DNA of 64,000 nucleotides, taken from contig CM059425.1 in the NCBI GenBank assembly GCA_030390025.1, forward strand, positions 177,074,001-177,138,000, written 5' to 3'. Below are positions 26,085 through 39,110 of this stretch, in pieces (position 1 is the first letter of the stretch; each line of letters begins with the position of its first letter). Made by a program: the position numbers and the translations under genes. The notes under the pieces are model-generated. The model worked only from the letters and a program-made list of their open reading frames with translations, was not told where the DNA came from and did not search any database. This DNA is from Squalus acanthias (lineage: Eukaryota).

Positions 26085-27250
26085 ATTGCGTATATGGACT
26101 TTCAAAAGGCGTTTGATAAAGTACCACAGAATAGACTGTTAGCAAAATTGAAGCCCATGGGATTAAAACGTCAGTGGCAGCGTGGCTATGAAATTGGCTG
26201 AGGGACAGAAAGCAGAGTGTAGTGGTGAACTGTTGTTTTTCAGACTGAAGGGAAGTATACAGTGATGTTCCCCAGGGGTTGGCATTAGGATCACTGCTCT
26301 TTTTGATATATTAATGACCTAGGCTTGGGTATACAGGGCATAATTTCAAACTTTGCAGATGTCACGAAATTCAGAAATGTAGTAGTGAGGAGGATAATAA
26401 CAGACTTCAGGAGGACACAGACAGACTGGTGAAATGGGCAGATGCATGGCAGATGAAATTTAATGCAGAGAAGTGTAAAGTGATACATTTTGTCAAGAAG
26501 AATGAGAAGAGGCAATATGAACTAAATGGTACAATTTTTAAGGGGGGGCAGGAGGAGATAGACAAGGGGGTGTATGTACATAATCTTTGAAGGTGACAGG
26601 ACAAATTGAGAAGGCTGTTACAAAAGTATATGGGATCCTTGGCTTTATCAAAAGAGGAAGAGAGTACAAAAGCAAGGCAGTTAGGCTAAACCTTTATAAA
26701 TCACTGGTTAGGCCCCAGCTGGAGTATTGTAGCCAATTCTGGGCACAACATTTTAGGAAGAATGTTAAGGCCTTAGAGAGGGTGCAGAGGAGATTTACTA
26801 GAATGTACCAGGGATGAAAGACTTCAGTTATGTGGATAGATTAGAGAAACTGGGATTGTTCTTCTTAGAGCAGAGAAGGTCAAGGGGAGATTTGATAGGT
26901 GTTCAAAATCTTGAAGGGTTTTGATAGAGTAAATAAGGAGAAACTGTTTCCAGTGGCAGAAGGGTCAGTAACCAGGGCACAGATTTAAGGTAACTTGCAA
27001 AAGAACCAGAGGCAACGAGATTTTTTTTTTTTATAGACGCATCGAGTTGTTGTGATCTGCAATGCACTGCCTGAAAGGGTGGTGGAAGCAGATTCAATTC
27101 TAACTTTCAAAAGGTAATTGAATAAATACTGGAAGGGAAAAGTTGCAAGCTATGGGGAAAGGGCAGAGGAATGGGACTAATTAGATAGTGCTTTCAAAGG
27201 GCTGGCATGGGCAAGTTGAGCCAAATGGCCTCCTTCTGTGTTGTATCATT
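26085..27250 (+). mobile_element. CR1 LINE fragment within L2 remnants
   Basis: [11 protein letters not shown]..., LYKSLVRPQLEYC, 3' tail; flanked by minus-strand L2 pieces. Confidence 0.85.
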
Positions 27251-28228
27251 CGGAGGAGAGGGAGGTGGAGAGCCAGAAGGATTTTGTAAGGGGGGAGGGG
27301 AGGATTTCCAGAGAGTAGGACCTAGGTAGCTGAAGCCACAGCTACCAATGATGGATCAATTGTGGTGGTGGTGGGAGGGGGGCGGGGGGGGGGGGAAGGA
27401 ATGCATTTGAGTCCAATCAGAGGGACAGAGCGATCAGGTGAGGAATGCAGAGCTAAAATGAGGTTACAGATATGGCAAGGGACGAGGCCATGAAGGGATT
27501 TAAACACAAGGACAACAATTTTGGAGTACCCAACAAACAATGAAAGTGAGGGGGGCAGATTTGGAATCAGTAATGGAAAGGAGCTGTGGAAAGAGTCTCA
27601 GGTGAGGCAGTGCTGGAGTGATTACAGAAAGTCCAGTAGATTCAGAGAGCCAATGAGAATTAGAGTTTAAAGACACAAATGAGACTATAGTCAACCAGGA
27701 GCCAGCAGAAGTTAATCCTAGAATTCAGCAGAGGTGCGGAGTGGCCCTAGTTGCAACAATGGATCAGTAGAGGTGCGTGGAGCAGTTTGAGTGAAACCAG
27801 GGAGCAAGGACAACAAATACCAGGAAGTCAGGGGAAGGTGAAGAGTAAATCCAGATCTGCACCAAAGAGGAAAATGGTCCAAGGAACACCTGTAAGGCGG
27901 TGAGAAGCACGCGGAACCAGGAGTGGCAGCAGAAGCCTGTTCAGCGAAGGATGAAGGCGGCAGACTGGAGCACAGCAGAGAAGTGACCCAGTCAGCAAAT
28001 GTTGCAAAAGCACTGCGGCAGAGATCAGTTAGCAGCACCTGGAACATGATGCGGCAAAGACATTTCAATGTGCAACCGTGCGGCTGTGTTACTGATTATT
28101 AATTATAAAAAAATGGCAAGGCTGACTTTCGGGAAGAATAACTGCCAATTCCAGCAATAACTGTGATGCCAGGGATTACAAAATACCGTAAGGACATTGC
28201 TGCCCCTGTAAAGCTGTAGGAAAAGCCT

Positions 28229-28230
<2 letters not shown>

Positions 28231-28262
<32 letters not shown>
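28231..28262. repeat. (CA)n microsatellite
   Basis: About 16 CA units. Confidence 0.95.
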
Positions 28263-28263
<1 letters not shown>

Positions 28264-28463
28264 CCACTGCCTATACTTCGTGACAATGCAATTCGTAGCA
28301 TCATAGAGTGATACAACACAGAAGTAGTCAATTGGGCACAATACTTCAGCTGGGGCCGACCGGTGTTTTAGAAAGGTTTAGCAGAATTTAACAGATCATG
28401 AAAATAACATGAATTTTCATATGCACAGGATACCATCACACAAAACATCCTGCATTTATATAG

Positions 28464-28886
28464 AAACATAGAATCTAGGAGCAGGAGTAGGCCATTCGGC
28501 CCGTCGAGCCTGCTCCGCCATTCAATACGATCATGGCTGATCATCCAAATCCAGTACCCTGTCCCTGCTTTAATCCCCACAGTACACATATCCCACCCTA
28601 CCCCCGTAACCCCACGTATTTAATTCCCCCTAACATATCCCATCCTATCCCCATAACCCCACATATTTAATCCCCCCTAACACTAAGGGTCAATTTATCA
28701 AAGCCAAATCAACCTAACCCACACATTTTTGGACTGTGGGAGGAAACCGGAGCACCCGGAGGAAACCCACGCAGACACGGGGAGAATGTGCAAACTCCAC
28801 ACAGACAGTCACCCGAGGTCAGATTCGAACCCGGGTCTCTGGCGCTGTGAGGCACCAGTGCTAACCACTATGCCACCGTGTTGCCC
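28464..28886 (-). mobile_element. Second near-identical HE1-like V-SINE copy
   Basis: Almost identical to 18666-19108. TSD TTATATAG at 28456-28463 and 28888-28895. Confidence 0.92.
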
Positions 28887-29289
28887 ATTATATAGCAGCA
28901 TTAATGTAGAGACGCGTGCCTAGGCACTTTGATAAAAGACAGAGCCCCGATGTAGCCTTTACATCTGCAAATCAGCAGAGATTCCTCCTTTAAAGAATCG
29001 TGCAAACATTTCACAAAGACACTTACTACCTTGTCAAAAAGGTGAAAAATCCTTCAGTGACGGCCATAGTTCGTATAAATATCCTTATAATGCTAGGGAT
29101 GCTGTGCATCTGCACTTATAATAAAACGGGTACACTTTATTCAGTCAACAATATATATTTCTTTGTTGTGCCTTACAAAAGATGATTCAAAGTGCTTTAC
29201 AAAGCAAACAAAAGTGGGGGGGGGGGGGGGAAAAGGAAGAGATGGGGTGGAGCTAAAAGCATAGTCAAAGTTTGGGAGGGAAATCGGGA

Positions 29290-30100
29290 AGCACTTTTTC
29301 CACACGGAAGGTGGTCAAAATCTGGAGTTCTCTCCCTCAGGAGGCTGTGGATGCTAGGGCATTTGGAACTTTTAAGACTGAGACCGATAAATGTTTGTTA
29401 GGTAAGCGTATCAAGTGATATGGAGCTAAGACAGCAAATGGAATTGAGGTACAGATCAGTCATGATCTAACTGAATTACAGAACAGGCTTGGGGGGCTGA
29501 ATCTCATACTCCTGTTCCCACTCATGAAAAGTAATAAAGCATATGGGATCCTGGGCTTTATAAATAGAGGTATAAAGTACAAAAGTCAGGAAGTTATGCT
29601 AAACCTTTATAAAACAGTAGCTGGAGTATTGTGTTCAATTCTGGGCACCACACTTTAGGAAGGACGTGAAGGCTTTGGAGAGGGTTCAGAAGAGATTTAC
29701 TAGAATGGTTCGAGGGATGAGGGAATAGTTACGTGGATAGACTAGATAAGCTGGGGCTGCTCTCTTTGGAGCAGAGAAGGCTAAGAGGAGATTGGATCGA
29801 GGTGTTTAAAATCATGAAGATTTAGATAGAGTAAATAAAGAGAAACTGTTTGCAATGGCTGAAGGGTCGATAACGAGAGGACACAGATTTAAGGTGGTGG
29901 TGGTTGTTAGGATTTAGAATGCACTGCCCGATAGGGTGGTAGATACAGATTCAAAAGGGAATTGGATAAATACTTGGAGAAAAAAACTGCAGGGATATGG
30001 GGAAAGCGCGGGGTAGTGGGACTAACTGGATTGCTCTTCGAAAGAGCCGGCGCAGACTCGATATGACGAATAGCCTCCTTCTGTGCTATGCTATTCTATG
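29290..30100 (+). mobile_element. CR1 3' fragments
   Basis: CR1 C-terminal and 3' UTR motifs. Confidence 0.8.
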
Positions 30101-31002
30101 ACTCAGCTCCTACAACTCTGCAACAATATGCCTCAGCTCCAACCCGAGAACAGCACCTCCTACTGCAATGATTTTTGCCCCATTTTCCACACCGAGCTAA
30201 TATGCCAACGTGGCATATCTAATGCAGAGACTGAGTTTTTCAGCAGAATCCATCTGTCTGGAGTTTTCTCAGTTGCCTTTCTGAATGAAAGAGACATTTT
30301 TTGAGATTTCCACTTACACGGCATATCATTCTCTAACTAAGTGGATCGGCACACTAGCTCGAGCTTCTACCAATGTTGATTTGTGAAAAGCTACATGGAA
30401 TTCCATACAGCATCCCAAAGCAATTCACCCTGTTTATCTCACTCGGTTGGTAAACAATCCATTCAGAATTGCCTCTCCGCCTATTGCCTACACCACCCAC
30501 AATTAAGACAAGATAACTTAATTGTGATAACAAGGGTAGTCAAAGGAAGAGTGAGGCCAATTAGGAACCAAGAGGATCTTCTTGTGGAGGCAGATGGCAC
30601 GGCTGAGGTACTAAGAGTACTTTGCATCTGTCTTCACTACAGATGAGGATGCTGCCAATGTAGCAGTAAAGGAGGAGACACTAGCAATATCAAATAGGAT
30701 AAAAATAGATAGAGGATGTACTTGGCAGTCCTCAATGTAAAAAAATCATCTGGTCTGGATGGGATGCATCCTAGGTTAATGATGGAAGTAAGGGTGGAAA
30801 TTACAGAGGCTCTGGCCACAATCTTCCAATCCTCCCTGGATATGGGGGTGGTGCCAGGAGCGAGTGGAGGATTGCAAATGTTATACCCCTGTTTAAAAAA
30901 GGGGAGATAAACACTGCAACTACAGGCCAGTCAGCCAAGCGTTGGTGGTGGAGAAACTTTGAGACCATAACCCAGGACAAATTTAGTTGGCATTTGGAAA
31001 AG

Positions 31003-31490
31003 TATTGGCAGGATAGGCGCACCATCAGTGTTCTCGCTCAGGCCAACATCCCCCGCATCGAAGCTTTGATCACGCTCGATCAGCTCCGATGGACGGGTCA
31101 CATCGTCTGCATGCCCGATACGAGACTCCCAAAACAAGTGCTCTACTCGGAGCTCCGACACAGCGAGAGAGCCCCAGGTGGGTAGAGGAAACGCTTCAAG
31201 GACACCCTCAAAGCCTCCTTGAAAAAGTGCAACATCCCCACTGACACCTGGGAATCCCTGGCCCAAAACCGCACAAAGTGGAAGAGAAGCATCCGGGAAG
31301 GCGCCGAACACCTCGAGTCTCTTCGCCGGGAGCAAGTGGAAGCCAAGCGCAAATCAACCCAAGCACCCCACCCACCGTCTGCCCCACCTGTGACAGAGAC
31401 TGTAGGTCCCGCATTGGACTGATCAGTCACCTGAGAACTCATTTTTAATGTGGAAGCAAGTCATCCTCGGTTCCGAGGGACTGCCCAAGA
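31003..31490 (+). mobile_element. RTE-clade LINE 3' fragment inserted in a CR1
   Basis: QLRWTGHIVCMPDTRLPKQVLYSEL...RKRFKDTLKASLKKCNI..DTWESLA.NR.KW is a typical RTE C-terminus. Confidence 0.85.
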
Positions 31491-32022
31491 GAGATAGGCT
31501 AATAAATGAAAATCAGCACAGATTTATTAAAAGGAAAATCGTGCTTGAGTAACTTGATCGAGTTCTTTATGAAATAATGGAGAGGGTTGATGAGTGTAGT
31601 GCAGTTGATGTGTATATGGACTTTCAAAAGGCATTTGATCACATAATATACTTGTTAGCAAAATTAAAGCCCATGGGATTAAAGGGACAGTGACAGCATG
31701 GATACAAAACTGGCTAAGGGACAGAAAGCAGAGAGTAGTGATGAACGGTTGTTTTTCAAACTAGAGGGAAGTATACAGTGGTGTTCCCCAGGGGTCGGCA
31801 TTAGGACCGCGGCTATTTTTGATATATATTAATGACCTGGACTTGGGTATACAGAGCATCATTTCAAAGTTTACAGATGATATGAAACTTGGAAATGTAA
31901 TAAACAGTAAGGAGAATAGTAACAGACTGGTGAAATGGGTAGGGACATGGCAGATGAAATTTAACAGAGAGAAGTGTGAAGTGATACGTTTTGGTAGGAA
32001 AAATAAGAGGCAATATGAACTA

Positions 32023-32777
32023 CATTGTTTAAACGGCACTTAATCATCCGGAATTCTCTAATAACTGGCAAAATTGATACTCAGAAAACACCACCTCAAT
32101 AACCGGAAATGTTGCCGAGTCAGAGTCTTAGTTTCTGTTTGCTTCAGAATATTGAGAGTGGCAGCTACTTTAGAATTGAATGTGTGTTTCCCAGAGACTC
32201 AATGGATGAGTTCATTTTTCAGTATGTTACTGTGCCATATAGACTAGGGAAGTCCCAGGTTCTATTGCCGATTTGATGTGAAATTGACATCAAGGACAGT
32301 CAGATTATGTATAGTACAGATTGCGTGTTAACCACCCGATGGATTATTGGCTGTCAGGTGATAGGTCAGAAATCTTCAGTTGTATAGGGAATAATATATA
32401 GTTGGTAGGGAATAATATATAGTTGGTAGGGAATAATAAATACTTCATAGGGACTTACCCAGAAGAAAAAGGTGACTGGCTGTTGGCGAGTTAGGTAGAG
32501 ATTGAAATGGGAGTGTGGATAAGCTATATAGAAGGCATTGGTGTGGATAAGTTACTTGGAGGGCAATGTACACGTGCCAGTGAAAGCTGAAAATTGATGT
32601 CCAGATAAGGATTATACCAGATAAAAGTTGGTCATGTTATGTAAATAGCATTCAAATCTTATTTTATTTTTGTTTGTTAAAAATAGCCTCGGTAGATATA
32701 CCTCTCCGTTATCCGGAATTTTCAATCAACCGGCACCATCCCGGTCCAATCGGTGCTGGATACGAAAAAGTTTACTG
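32023..32777. mobile_element. TA-flanked non-autonomous DNA transposon (Tigger-like) inserted in a CR1
   Basis: CR1 sequence caatatgaacTA|...|TAaatggcataattttt is split with a TA duplication. Right end reads CAGTAAAC.. on the minus strand; left TIR degenerate. Internal 21-bp tandem repeat at ~32385-32440. Confidence 0.65.
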
Positions 32778-33506
32778 TAAATGGCATAATTTTTAAAGGA
32801 GTACAGAGACCTGGGGGCGAATGTACACAAATCTCTGATGGTGGCAGGACAAGTTGATAAGGTTGTTAAAAAAACATATGGGATCCTTGGCTTTATTAAT
32901 AGAGGAATAGAGTACAAAGCAAGGTAACCTTTATAAATCAGTAGCTGGAGTATTGTGTTCAATTCTAGGCACCACACTTTAAAAGGATGTCAAGGCCTTA
33001 GAGAGGATGCAGAAGAGATTTACTAGAATGTACCAATCCAGTTATCTGGAGAAGCTGGGGTTGTTCTCTTTGGAGCAGAGAGGTTGAAGAGGAGATTTGA
33101 TAAAGGTGTTCAAAATCATGAACAGTTTTGATAGTGCAAATAAGGAAAAACTGTTTCCAGTGGCAGAAGGATCGATAAACAGAACACAGATTTAAAAGTG
33201 ACTGGCAAAAGAACCAGAGGCGACATGGGGAAACATTTGTGTGTGATCTGGAATGCACTGCCTGAAAGAGTGATTGAAGCAGATTCAACAGTAACTTTCA
33301 AAAGAAAATTGGATAAATACTTGAAGGGAAAAATTTGCATGGCTATGGGGAAAGAGCAGGGGAGTGGGATTAATTGGATAGCTCTACCAAAGAGGGCACA
33401 GGCGTGATGGCCTCCTTCTGTGCTGTATGATTACATGATTATGAAATTCCCACATGGTGAATCTCACTAATCGCAAATCCCACCTCTGGAACGTACCACT
33501 CCATTA

Positions 33507-34275
33507 TCATAGAATGGTTACAGCACAGGAGGCCGCCATTTGGCCCATCGACCCCATGCCGGCTCTCTGCAAGAGCATTTCAGCTAGTTCCACTCCCCTG
33601 CCCTTTCCCCGTAGCCCTGCAATTTTTTTCCCTTCAGGTACTTATTCAATTCCCCTTTGAAAGCCACAATTGAGTCTGCCTCCACCACCCTCTCAGGCAG
33701 TGTATTCCGGATCCTAACCACTCGCTGCATAAAAGTTTTTCCTCATGTCGCCTTTGGTTCTTTTACCAATCACCTTAAATTTGTGCCCTCTGGTTCTTGA
33801 CCCTTCCGCCAATGGGAACAGTTTCTCTCTATCTACTCTGTCCAGATCCCTCATGATTTTGAGCACCTCTATCAAATCTCCTCTCAACCTTCTCTGCTAA
33901 GGAGACCACCACCTTTAGGATTGTACCCTTTAGTTTACATTGACTCTCCTCATTCTTCCTACCAAAATGTACCACTTCGAACATTTCTGCGTTAAATTTC
34001 ATCTGCCACGTGTCCGCACATTCCACCAGCCTGTCTATGTCCTCTTGAAGTCTATCACTATCCTCCTCACTGTTCACTATACTTCCAAGTTTTGTGTCAT
34101 CCGCAAATTTTGAAATTGTGCCCTGTACACCCAAGTCCAAGTCATTAATATATATATCAAGAAAAGCAGTGGCCCGAGTGGCAACCCCTAGGGAACACCA
34201 CTGTATACCTTCCTCCAGTCCGAAAAACAACCGTTCACCACTACTGTTTCCTGTCACTTAGCCACTTTCGTATCC
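33507..34275 (-). mobile_element. CR1 LINE fragment
   Basis: [24 protein letters not shown]. Confidence 0.88.
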
Positions 34276-34689
34276 ATCTTAGCCAATTTCATATTCATAT
34301 TAAACTAATGACTAATAAATTTATTTCAAAAAGCCGTAATTTTGGGGTTGACATACAAACCCGTGCTTGCATGGAAACTTACGACCCATCTCAATATTAT
34401 TTACAAACCCACCGAACAGTTGAAGGACCTTTCAGCAAATGTGCAACACAAACCACATTTCATTGAAAAGTCATGTTGTTAAAAGTGCAGCTTCTTCCGG
34501 TGCTTCAGAACTTTTTATGAATTAAAGGAAGCAATAGATTTCATTACACACACTTGACAGTTCCGAGTTATCCTCTCCATTGCCCCACCCAACAAGTATC
34601 CCTGACAGCCCGTTAACCCTTTTGGAACTGCAGCCGACTCCACGTGTGTTAAACGCCCCTCAGGTGTCAGCTGAAGAGACCCATCGCTT

Positions 34690-35192
<503 letters not shown>

Positions 35193-35654
35193 TCAATGTG
35201 CAAGGATTTGCAGAGATCTGATCTTTACTAAAGCATATACAGCAATATTATAAGGGTAGCGAATCTACCCGAACTAATACAAGGGAGAAATCACTGAATG
35301 TTGCAATAGTATAGATCCAGCAAAGCTTATATTGTGTATATAAATACTAACTTGTTAGAAAGTTCCTAAATATTTCACATTTCTATTTGACTAGGACTGG
35401 GCAAACCGTTAAAATAGGGGAAAACAAAGAAATAATTTATAATTGTACAAACAAACCTATTAACTTCAAACAGCTTGGAGCCTGTTGTGATCACTGCTCC
35501 TTCCCCATAGCTTTCATGAATCTGGAACCTATAGGATGTTCTCCAGTAACTTTCACCAAAGTTAGGTTATATTGAAGATAACAGCAACATCAACTCTCAA
35601 TGAACTTCAAGCTCTTGGCCCAGCAAAATTTATAGGACAAAAGCTCTGGCATTA

Positions 35655-36355
35655 AAGGAACAGAGGGACCTTGGAGTGCATGTCCACAGATCCCTGAAGG
35701 TAGCAGGACAGGTAGATAAGGTGGTTAAGAAGGCATACGGGATACTTTCCTTTATTAGCCGAGACATAGAATACAAGAGCAGGGAGGTTATGCTTGAACT
35801 GTATAAAACACTAGTTAGGCCACAGCTAGAGTACTGTGTACAGTTCTGGTCACCACATTACAGGAAAGATGTGATTGTACTAGAGAGGGTACAGAGGAGA
35901 TTTACAAGGATCTCGTCAGAACTGGAGAATTTTAGCTATGAGGAAAGATTGGATAGGCTGGGGTTGTTTTCTTTGGAACGGAGGAGGCCGAGGGGAGACT
36001 TGATTGAGGTGTATAAAATTATGAGAGGCCTAGATAGAGTGGATAGGAAGGACCTATTTCCCTTAGCAGAGAGGTCAATAACCAGGGGGCATAGATTTAA
36101 AGTAATTGTTAGAAGAATTAGAGGGGAGTTGAGAACTTTTTCCACCCAGAACGTGGTGGGGGTCTGGAACTCACAGCCTGAAAGAGTGGTAGAGGCAGAA
36201 ATGCTTATCCCATTTAAAAAGTTCTTGGATATGCACTTGAAGTGCCGTAACCTACAGGGCTACAGACCAAGAGCTGGAAAGTGGGATTAGGCTGGATAGC
36301 TCTTTTTTGGATTGAATGGCCTCCTTCTGCGCTGTAAATTTCTATGATTCTATGA
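35655..36355 (+). mobile_element. CR1 LINE 3' fragment between PGGT1B and CCDC112
   Basis: 204-aa [22 protein letters not shown]...; (TTCTATGA)n tail. Confidence 0.92.
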
Positions 36356-36399
36356 AAACCCCCAACATGTTTTAGTTAGGGCCCCAGTACCAGTAAGAA

Positions 36400-36844
36400 A
36401 GTTGTATTTACATAGCACGTTTAACAACCTCATGACCTCTCAAAGTGCTCTACAGCCAATGAAGTACTTTTGAAGTGTAGTCACCACTGTAATGTAGGGA
36501 AACATGGCAGCCAATTTGCAACCAGCAAGGTCCCACAAACAGTGAAATAAATGACCAGATGCTCTGTTTTAGGCACTGAAGGATAAATGTTGGTCAGGAT
36601 ATCAGGAGAATTTCCTGGTTCTTCTTCAAATAGTGCAGCAAGATCTTTTAGATCCACTGACAGAAAGGGCAGATAGGGCCTCAGTTTAACATTTCATCCA
36701 AAAGACAGCACCTAAAACAGTACACCACTCAGTACTCCACTGAAGTGTCAGCCTAGATTATGTGCTCAAGTCATCAGAGTGGGGCTTGAACCCAAAAACC
36801 TTCTGATTTAAAGGCAAGAGTGTTACCACTGAGCCAAGACTGAC
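36400..36844 (-). mobile_element. SacSINE1/Deu-like SINE
   Basis: Colinear with 13852-14276. Confidence 0.75.
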
Positions 36845-37299
36845 TCTTAAAAAAAAAAAATCCTCCATTTAGCATTACAAGCCAAGGCTGTCCTTTTTAT
36901 AAGGAATGCTATTCAGTATTAATTGCTGGCCAAAAGCTTGATTTTCTATGTTGGCCTGAGCCATGCTGTCAACTTATCAATTACTGAACCACTGAAGTCT
37001 ATGGCACAGAAGGCAGTTCAGCCCATTGTGACTGTGCCAGCTCTTTGGTGGAGCAGTCCAAAACTAATTGCACTGCCCCTTTGTATTTTCCTTTGCTTCA
37101 AATATTTCTTAAATTTTCTCTTAAAAGACGCAATGATCTCTGCCCCAATCATCCCCTGTGGCAAAGTATTCCTTGCCCCAACAACTCCCTGTATAAAATT
37201 TTTTCACATAAGCTCACTCTAAGGCAAACTTAAATTGATGACCCCCTCATCATTGACTCCCCAACCAGAGAAAGTTGTCTTTCACTATCAAAACAATTT

Positions 37300-37800
37300 G
37301 CATTTATACATTGGCTTTACATAGAAAAACATCCCAAGGCATAATTTACAGAGACGTAATCAGAAATAAATAGGCATTGAGCCAAAGAAGGAATTATTTG
37401 GAGGGGTGGCCAAAAGTTTATGAGAGAGGTGGGTTTTAAGAAGTATCCTAAATGAGAGGTGGGGAGGCAGAGCGGCTTTGGGAGGGAATTCCAGAACGTA
37501 GGGCTTAAGCAGCTGAAGGGACAGTGGTCATCACTGGGGCAAAAAGAGGGGGGAGATGCATAAAAGGCACGAATCGGAGGAACAGAGAGTGATGTAGGGC
37601 TGGAGGAGGTTACAGAGATAGCGGGGGCAATGCCATGATGGAACTTAAACATAGAAGATTGGAGCAGGCGTAGGCCATTCGGCCCCTCGAGCCTGCTCCG
37701 CCATTCGATGAGATCATGGCTGATCAGATTAAAACAGATTAAAATTTTAAATGGGAGGACCAGCTAATGTAGCTCAGCAAGATCTGGGCAATAGGTGAAC
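37300..37800 (-). mobile_element. L2-like 3' fragment with embedded CR1/SINE tail
   Basis: FSCLSPTFWNSLPKPL motif; CR1-type 3' UTR at ~37648-37725. Confidence 0.65.
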
Positions 37801-38331
37801 GGGATTATTACTGCCAATATTACTGTCTTGTTGTCTTACATTTCTGTCTGAACTGTCTTAAGATTTCCACCCCTCATCTCAACTGTTTGGTGGCCTATAA
37901 TGCACATCAAATTTGTACAACTGTCATTATTTTTATTTATTTTTTTAACTCTAACCAGAGTCATAATGCAACCCTCAAGACATTATGTTCTAGTGATGTG
38001 GTAGAATTATTTACTAAAACTGCCACCCCACCCCCTTGTTTCCCTCTGTATTGTTTCTGAAATTGTTATAACCTGGAATATCAAGTTCCAATCTTGTCCA
38101 AACCCAAGTTATGTCTCTGTTATGGCTACTATATCATTTTGTTCCAGTTATTAATGCTTCTAACTCTCCAATTTTGCTTTGATTGCTTTGTGCATTCACA
38201 TACATACCAATCAATCATGACTCCAATTTTTTGGAACATTAACCAATTTTTTTTTTTATGTCCCTTGCCCCTTTTTCATCTTTCACTAACTCATGGACTC
38301 TCTATTTTACTTTCTTAATAGTTTCTCACAA

Positions 38332-38337
38332 TTTATT
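38332..38337 (-). terminator. Candidate CCDC112 polyadenylation signal AATAAA
   Basis: tttatt on plus strand, about 70 nt downstream of the stop codon on the minus strand. Confidence 0.5.
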
Positions 38338-38405
38338 TCATAATGCAAACAATATACAAATACTACTGGTCAGTCCAATTATTCAGTATTCATAAAATGA
38401 TACGG

Positions 38406-38436
38406 TTATATCCCCTGCCGCCAAGATGGAATAGCC
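38406..38436 (-). CDS. CCDC112: CCDC112 last coding exon ((R)AIPSWRQGI*)
   Basis: ttttcag|GGCTATTCCATCTTGGCGGCAGGGGATATAA; matches the CCDC112 C-terminus RAIP.WRQG. Confidence 0.92.
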
Positions 38437-38554
38437 CTGAAAAACAATGCAAGAAACAAAAAGTTTATATGAGAAGACATAGCAAAATACATTTTTCAAC
38501 TTTATTTAATCTGTTTCAGTATCAAGGGATTTTTTCCCCATGTTAATCACTTAC

Positions 38555-38673
38555 CGGTGGGGAAGATACAGCATAGGCCCACCATCACTTTCCACCGTCT
38601 CTTTTGTGTGTTCCTCCCAACCTTTGGTAGGTTTGAATAGTCTAGATGGGTCTCGCTGTATTTGAGCATCAAC
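38555..38673 (-). CDS. CCDC112: CCDC112 penultimate coding exon (VDAQIQRDPSRLFKPTKGWEEHTKETVESDGGPMLYLPHR)
   Basis: tactcag|GTTGAT...CACCG|gtaagt, 119 nt. Conserved RDPSRL.KPTKGWEE motif. Confidence 0.95.
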
Positions 38674-38789
38674 CTGAGTAGATTTATAGCAGAACAAAAG
38701 TTTCACATGTTAAACATCACTCCAAAGGTAAAAAAGCATAAATATTTAGAGATCAGTTTTTTGCCCCCTCGGCTAAAGATGGTGACTCA

Positions 38790-39110
38790 TATTGTGCTAT
38801 GGTTCCACAGGCACTTAGCTTTCAAGTAACTTGTCTAAATGGCTATTTTTCATGCATAAGCCTAGGCAGTAAGTAGAAGCTGTAGAGGGCAAAACTAAGC
38901 CCAATCCTACCATCACACACACCCCTCCTATGGACACTACCAACAGAGACTCCTCACTAGTAATTGAAAACAAAAACTAAGACTAATTTTACCTCTCCTG
39001 AGCGTCAATTCACTCAGCACAGACCAGCGATTGAACCTGGGACCTCCTTAGTCTGTATGGATCAATACCTCATCAGGCATTGTATTTAGCTACTGAGTCA
39101 TCAGAGACTC
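38790..39110 (-). mobile_element. Ancient tRNA-headed SINE-like relic (similar diverged pieces at ~205-450, 3050-3330, 20050-20280, 63130-63660)
   Basis: Minus-strand head TGACTCAGTAG...CCCAGGTTCAATC; short shared blocks among copies; highly diverged. Confidence 0.45.

Larger units (their letters stand above)
30520..33443 (+). mobile_element. CR1 LINE interrupted by an RTE fragment and a TA-flanked MITE
   Basis: KSSGLDGMHPRL...YINDLDLG...FTDD, continuing after each insertion to the 3' tail. Confidence 0.85.

Noticed and set aside
32385..32440. Short direct repeats (also ~2054-2086, ~9330-9378, ~9886-9922) as a CRISPR-like array
   Set aside because: Only 2-3 adjacent units without unique spacers; ordinary slippage duplications in eukaryotic DNA.
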